64,000 nt of DNA. Source: Rhodothermales bacterium. GTDB lineage: Bacteria; Bacteroidota; Rhodothermia; Rhodothermales; Bin80. A model generated the notes under the pieces. That model saw only the letters and a program-made list of their open reading frames with translations. It had not been told where the DNA came from and made no database searches. Each line of letters opens with the position of its first letter. Position 1 is the stretch's first letter. The DNA lies in NCBI GenBank assembly GCA_965218495.1, contig OZ244626.1, forward strand, positions 223,886 to 287,885, given 5' to 3'. This document shows, one piece after another, positions 60,002 to 64,000 of the stretch. A program made the translations under genes and the position numbers.

Positions 60002-60922
60002 CTAGTATTGGTGGAATGCCTGGGAGATGAATTCAAGTACGACGGGCAGGCTATGGCGCCAATACGTCCAGGTGTGGCCGCCATCGCGAATCCGAAACTC
60101 GTGCGGGATCTCGCGCTTCCGCATAACGATGTGCGCGAGCGAGTTACCCTCATACAGGGAGTCGTCATCCCCGCAGTCTATGAACCAGCGAACTGACTTG
60201 ATGTCATCTTCGGGCAGGGATTCCAGTAGCTTGACGGCATTGTGGCGCGATACATAGGCGTCCATGTCTTCGTCACTCACGTCTGCCACTTCGTTACCCC
60301 AGCGACGCATGGTGTTTCGCAATTGCTCTCCAGAGTCGGGCCCGACCCAGGCGCTTAGTGGCGCAGCTGACGAGAAGAGGTCCGGGCGGTGTAGGGCATA
60401 CAAAAAGGAGCCACCTCCGCCCATGGACAGGCCCGCGACAGCGCGGTAGCGCTTCTGGCTCTTGATCCTGAACTTCTCCTCGACATACGGCATCAATTCG
60501 TCAAAGAAAAAGTCCTCATAGCGCCACTGGTAGGCCACGTCATTGAAATACCCACGCACGCCGGTGTTGGCATCGGGCATGATGATGACCATTGGCGTGG
60601 CCTTGCCTTCTGCGATCGCCTTGTCAGCAATATGCTGGACCTCTCCAAACTGCACCCAGCCCGTTTGGTCGTCCCCTGCTCCATGGAGCAGGTACAGCAC
60701 CGGATAGCTGCGCTCGGAGGTTTCGTAGCCGGGTGGGAGGTATACGGCGTACTTGCGGGCCGAGTCGAGGATTTCGCTGTTCATCTCCAGCGCATCGTGC
60801 ACCACGGAATGCTGCGCCTGTGCGGATGCCGCCAACGCTGTGGCAAGAAGAAGCAGAGTTGCGAGGTAGCGGCGCGCGCCTAGAACGAGACAAGGTGGCA
60901 CCTTGCTGTAGTTGTGGGCCAT
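60002..60922 (-). CDS. Exported putative esterase (alpha/beta hydrolase)
   Basis: VYLPPGY, YPVLYLLHG, GLSMGG nucleophile elbow and GGHTWTYW. Confidence 0.9.
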   Translation of the reverse strand: MAHNYSKVPPCLVLGARRYLATLLLLATALAASAQAQHSVVHDALEMNSEILDSARKYAVYLPPGYETSERSYPVLYLLHGAGDDQTGWVQFGEVQHIADKAIAEGKATPMVIIMPDANTGVRGYFNDVAYQWRYEDFFFDELMPYVEEKFRIKSQKRYRAVAGLSMGGGGSFLYALHRPDLFSSAAPLSAWVGPDSGEQLRNTMRRWGNEVADVSDEDMDAYVSRHNAVKLLESLPEDDIKSVRWFIDCGDDDSLYEGNSLAHIVMRKREIPHEFRIRDGGHTWTYWRHSLPVVLEFISQAFHQY

Positions 60923-61090
60923 AAGGGCTTCGTTTGATGGAACTATTCTAAAGTACGATGGAGGCCGAATTTAAAGTACATGATTTTAGACCCAGGCTAC
61001 TCACACGCTTGAGCAGCCGCAGCGGCCAAAGACAGAGATACAAACAATGCCGCAAGGATTGGCGTACACACGACTAGACACCTTGGACAT

Positions 61091-64000
61091 ATGACGCCTG
61101 CAAATAATTCCGCGCCGTATCGGGCCCAAAACACGGTGCGATTTGTTACGGCTGCAAGCCTCTTTGACGGTCACGATGCTGCTATCAACATCATCCGGCG
61201 CGTACTGCAAGCATCTGGTGCCGAGGTTGTTCACCTTGGCCACAACCGCTCTGTCCGCGAGGTCGTTTCTACAGCGATCCAGGAAGACGCACACGGCATC
61301 GCCGTGTCCTCGTATCAGGGGGGACATCAGGAGTATTTCCGGTACATGATTGAGCAGCTGCGCAAGCGGCAGGCGCAGCATGTCCGGGTCTACGCGGGAG
61401 GAGGTGGCGTGATCACGGCCCCGGAGGTGGCTGTCATGGAGGCGTACGGAGTCTCCAAGGTCTTCACGGCGCAGGATGGCATGCACATGGGGCTGCAGGG
61501 TATGATCAACCTGATGCTGGAGCAGTGCGACTTTTGCGTGGCAAGTAGCGACGCCACGACGCCGGCTGTGGCCCTCCCGCGTCAACTCTCTCGCCTGGAA
61601 GCTGGAATTGAGTCGATGCCAGCGCTGCGTGATCGTTCGCGGTCCCTGACTCTGGGCATCACCGGTACTGGTGGTGCCGGAAAGTCTACGTTGACGGACG
61701 AATTCGTGCTGCGATTTCTCAGGGACTTTGCCGACCTGAAGGTGGCAGTGCTATCGGTGGATCCCACGCGGCATCGTACGGGTGGCGCACTACTCGGTGA
61801 CCGCATTCGCATGAATGCTATGTATGGCGAACATGGACAAGATCCGGTGGGCGACCAGCGGGTTTTTATGCGCAGCCTGGCCACGCGCAGGGCGCACCGG
61901 TCTATCAGCGGAAAACTGCGCGCCTGTATTGATGCCTGCCAGATTGCGGGGTTCGACTTGGTCATCGTGGAGACGGCCGGGATCGGCCAGAGCGATACAG
62001 AAATAGAGGAGATGGTCGATGTGTCGCTGTACGTCATGACGGGTGACTATGGCGCGGGCACGCAATTAGAAAAGATTGGCATGCTGGATGCTGCGGACTT
62101 CGTGGTACTAAACAAGTTTGACCGCCGCGGCAGCCGCGATGCTCTTCGCGACATCCGAAAGCAAGTTCAGCGCAACCGTTTGGCCTTTGGGCAACGACCG
62201 GAAAAGATGCCCGTCTACCCGACTATGGCGTCGCGATTCGATGATCCTGGTGTGTCGCGCCTATACGTGCATGTGATGGAAGCGCTGCACCGAACGCATG
62301 GCTTCGAGCGAAAATCCACGCTTGAAGTACCCAGCGAGGAGCCAGTGGATGATCTCATCATCCCCGCGAGGCGGCAGCGCTACCTTGGAGAAATCGTAGA
62401 AACCTGTCGCAATTACCGCGAATGGGCCGAAGCTCAGATTAAATATGCACGCAAGTGGGGCGAAGCGGTAGGCGTGCGTGAACAGGTAGCCGAGTGGGCA
62501 CCCGAGGACGCTCGGCAGCTCACTTTGCGGCTCGACACTATGGTGTCGCACTGGTGGAAGCGACTCGCGCTGCGCAGCAAAGACATCTTAGAGCATTGGG
62601 ACAGCCGCAGCGCGGAGTACCAGCAGGAGACGTATTCCTACGCGGTGCGAGGCAAGGACATTCGCGTGCCGCTTTTTCAAACGACCCTTTCAGAGCTCAA
62701 AGTGCCGCGTGTAGCACTGCCGCAAGTGCAGGATGCGGGACAGCGTCTCCGCTTTGCGCTTCTGGAAAACCTGCCCGGGTACTTCCCTTTTGCCGCGGGT
62801 GTCTACCCATTCAAGCGTACGCAGGAGGATGCGATACGGATGTTCGCGGGTGAAGGCAGCCCTGAGCGAACGAATCGGCGGTTTCATCTGGTATCGACTG
62901 GCATGCCGGCACGCCGCTTGTCGACCGCTTTCGATTCTCCAACACTGTATGGTTTTGACCCTGACGAGCGACCCGACATCTATGGCAAGGTCGGCAATGC
63001 GGGTGTGTCGATCTGCACGCTGGATGACATGAAAAAGCTGTACAGCGGATTTGACCTGGTCGATCCCCGTACTAGTGTATCCATGACGATCAACGGTCCT
63101 GCGCCGATGATCCTGGCCATGTTCTTGAACACGGCAATCGACCAGGCGACCGAGCGCTTCTTGCGTGCGGAAGGCCGGTGGAACATGGCCGCACGCGTCA
63201 TCGCGGAACAGCTCGACCCGCATCGGCCTGCATACGTGCCATATGGCCCAGATGGCGAAGAGGATGCCCTACCTCCTACGCACGACGGTAGCGGGCTCGG
63301 GCTTCTGGGGTGCTCCTCTGCGGACCTGGTTGGCTGGAAGGTGATTTCCGATGAGGAATATCGGTCGATAAAGACGCGCGTGTTGTCCACGGTGCGGGGT
63401 ACGGTACAGGCGGACATACTAAAGGAAGATCAGGCGCAGAACACGTGTATCTTCTCCACGGAGATGGCGCTTCGCATGATGGGCGACATTCAGCAGTACT
63501 TCGTCGACTATGGCGTTCGCAACTTCTATTCGGTCTCGATTTCCGGGTACCATATTGCAGAAGCGGGCGCCAACCCTCTTACGCAGTTGGCGTTCACGCT
63601 AGCCAACGGCTTCACATTCGTCGAGTACTATCTGGGCCGTGGCATGGCCATTGACGACTTTGCGCCGAACCTGTCTTTCTTTTTCTCCAATGGAATGGAC
63701 CCCGAGTATAGCGTCATAGGCCGTGTGGCGCGGCGCATTTGGGCGGTTACCATGCGGAACAAGTTCGGCGCGAATGAGCGAAGCCAGAAACTCAAGTATC
63801 ACATCCAGACCTCGGGTCGCAGTCTGCACGCGCAAGAGATTGAATTTAACGACATCCGCACTACGCTGCAGGCGCTGTATGCGATCTACGACAACTGCAA
63901 TAGCCTGCACACCAATGCCTACGACGAGGCCATCACAACGCCTACCGAGGAAAGTGTGAGGCGCGCCATGGCTATCCAGCTCATTATCAACCGTGAGCTC
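61091..64000 (+). CDS. icmF: Fused isobutyryl-CoA/methylmalonyl-CoA mutase-GTPase (IcmF); runs off window end
   Basis: Manual translation gives RFVTAASLFDGHDAAINI (B12-binding), GITGTGGAGKS and GDRIRMN (MeaB GTPase), and RMFAGEG, VRGTVQADILKEDQAQNTCIFS and KYHIQTSGRSLHAQEI (mutase). Confidence 0.92.
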   Translation, partial: MTPANNSAPYRAQNTVRFVTAASLFDGHDAAINIIRRVLQASGAEVVHLGHNRSVREVVSTAIQEDAHGIAVSSYQGGHQEYFRYMIEQLRKRQAQHVRVYAGGGGVITAPEVAVMEAYGVSKVFTAQDGMHMGLQGMINLMLEQCDFCVASSDATTPAVALPRQLSRLEAGIESMPALRDRSRSLTLGITGTGGAGKSTLTDEFVLRFLRDFADLKVAVLSVDPTRHRTGGALLGDRIRMNAMYGEHGQDPVGDQRVFMRSLATRRAHRSISGKLRACIDACQIAGFDLVIVETAGIGQSDTEIEEMVDVSLYVMTGDYGAGTQLEKIGMLDAADFVVLNKFDRRGSRDALRDIRKQVQRNRLAFGQRPEKMPVYPTMASRFDDPGVSRLYVHVMEALHRTHGFERKSTLEVPSEEPVDDLIIPARRQRYLGEIVETCRNYREWAEAQIKYARKWGEAVGVREQVAEWAPEDARQLTLRLDTMVSHWWKRLALRSKDILEHWDSRSAEYQQETYSYAVRGKDIRVPLFQTTLSELKVPRVALPQVQDAGQRLRFALLENLPGYFPFAAGVYPFKRTQEDAIRMFAGEGSPERTNRRFHLVSTGMPARRLSTAFDSPTLYGFDPDERPDIYGKVGNAGVSICTLDDMKKLYSGFDLVDPRTSVSMTINGPAPMILAMFLNTAIDQATERFLRAEGRWNMAARVIAEQLDPHRPAYVPYGPDGEEDALPPTHDGSGLGLLGCSSADLVGWKVISDEEYRSIKTRVLSTVRGTVQADILKEDQAQNTCIFSTEMALRMMGDIQQYFVDYGVRNFYSVSISGYHIAEAGANPLTQLAFTLANGFTFVEYYLGRGMAIDDFAPNLSFFFSNGMDPEYSVIGRVARRIWAVTMRNKFGANERSQKLKYHIQTSGRSLHAQEIEFNDIRTTLQALYAIYDNCNSLHTNAYDEAITTPTEESVRRAMAIQLIINREL

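Noticed and set aside
1-64000. CRISPR arrays, rRNA, prophage genes, retron or DGR components
   Set aside because: No regularly spaced repeats, rRNA-like sequence, phage structural genes or reverse transcriptase motifs were seen.

Overview
This is a gene-dense chromosomal window from a Rhodothermales-like (FCB group) bacterium. The lineage is inferred from a type IX secretion PorV/PorQ-family gene, a long SecA, and an nqo10-14-style operon containing an antiporter and a PCD gene. Housekeeping content: tRNA-Gln-prs-rplY-pth, a Na+-type membrane pyrophosphatase, a 2-oxoacid dehydrogenase E2, secA-recN-pgm-pmm, mdh, nuoJKLM-antiporter-pcd-nuoN, sodA and icmF. The most unusual element is a 2,665-bp IS256-family insertion (54180-56844) with 24-bp terminal inverted repeats and a perfect 8-bp target duplication. 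It splits a cytochrome c/Vgb gene and carries two translationally coupled transposase homologues: one with an intact DDE triad and one intact ORF whose catalytic motifs are all altered. Two other apparently inactive homologues occur: a Xer-like tyrosine recombinase lacking most of its catalytic residues, and a sigma-2-only tandem copy of an ECF sigma factor. Also seen are a candidate ECF promoter motif at three genes, an IS5 relic, an amidohydrolase pseudogene, a 31-aa membrane peptide and a possible Sm-like small protein. No CRISPR array or rRNA was seen. All alignments were done by eye; no database searches were run.
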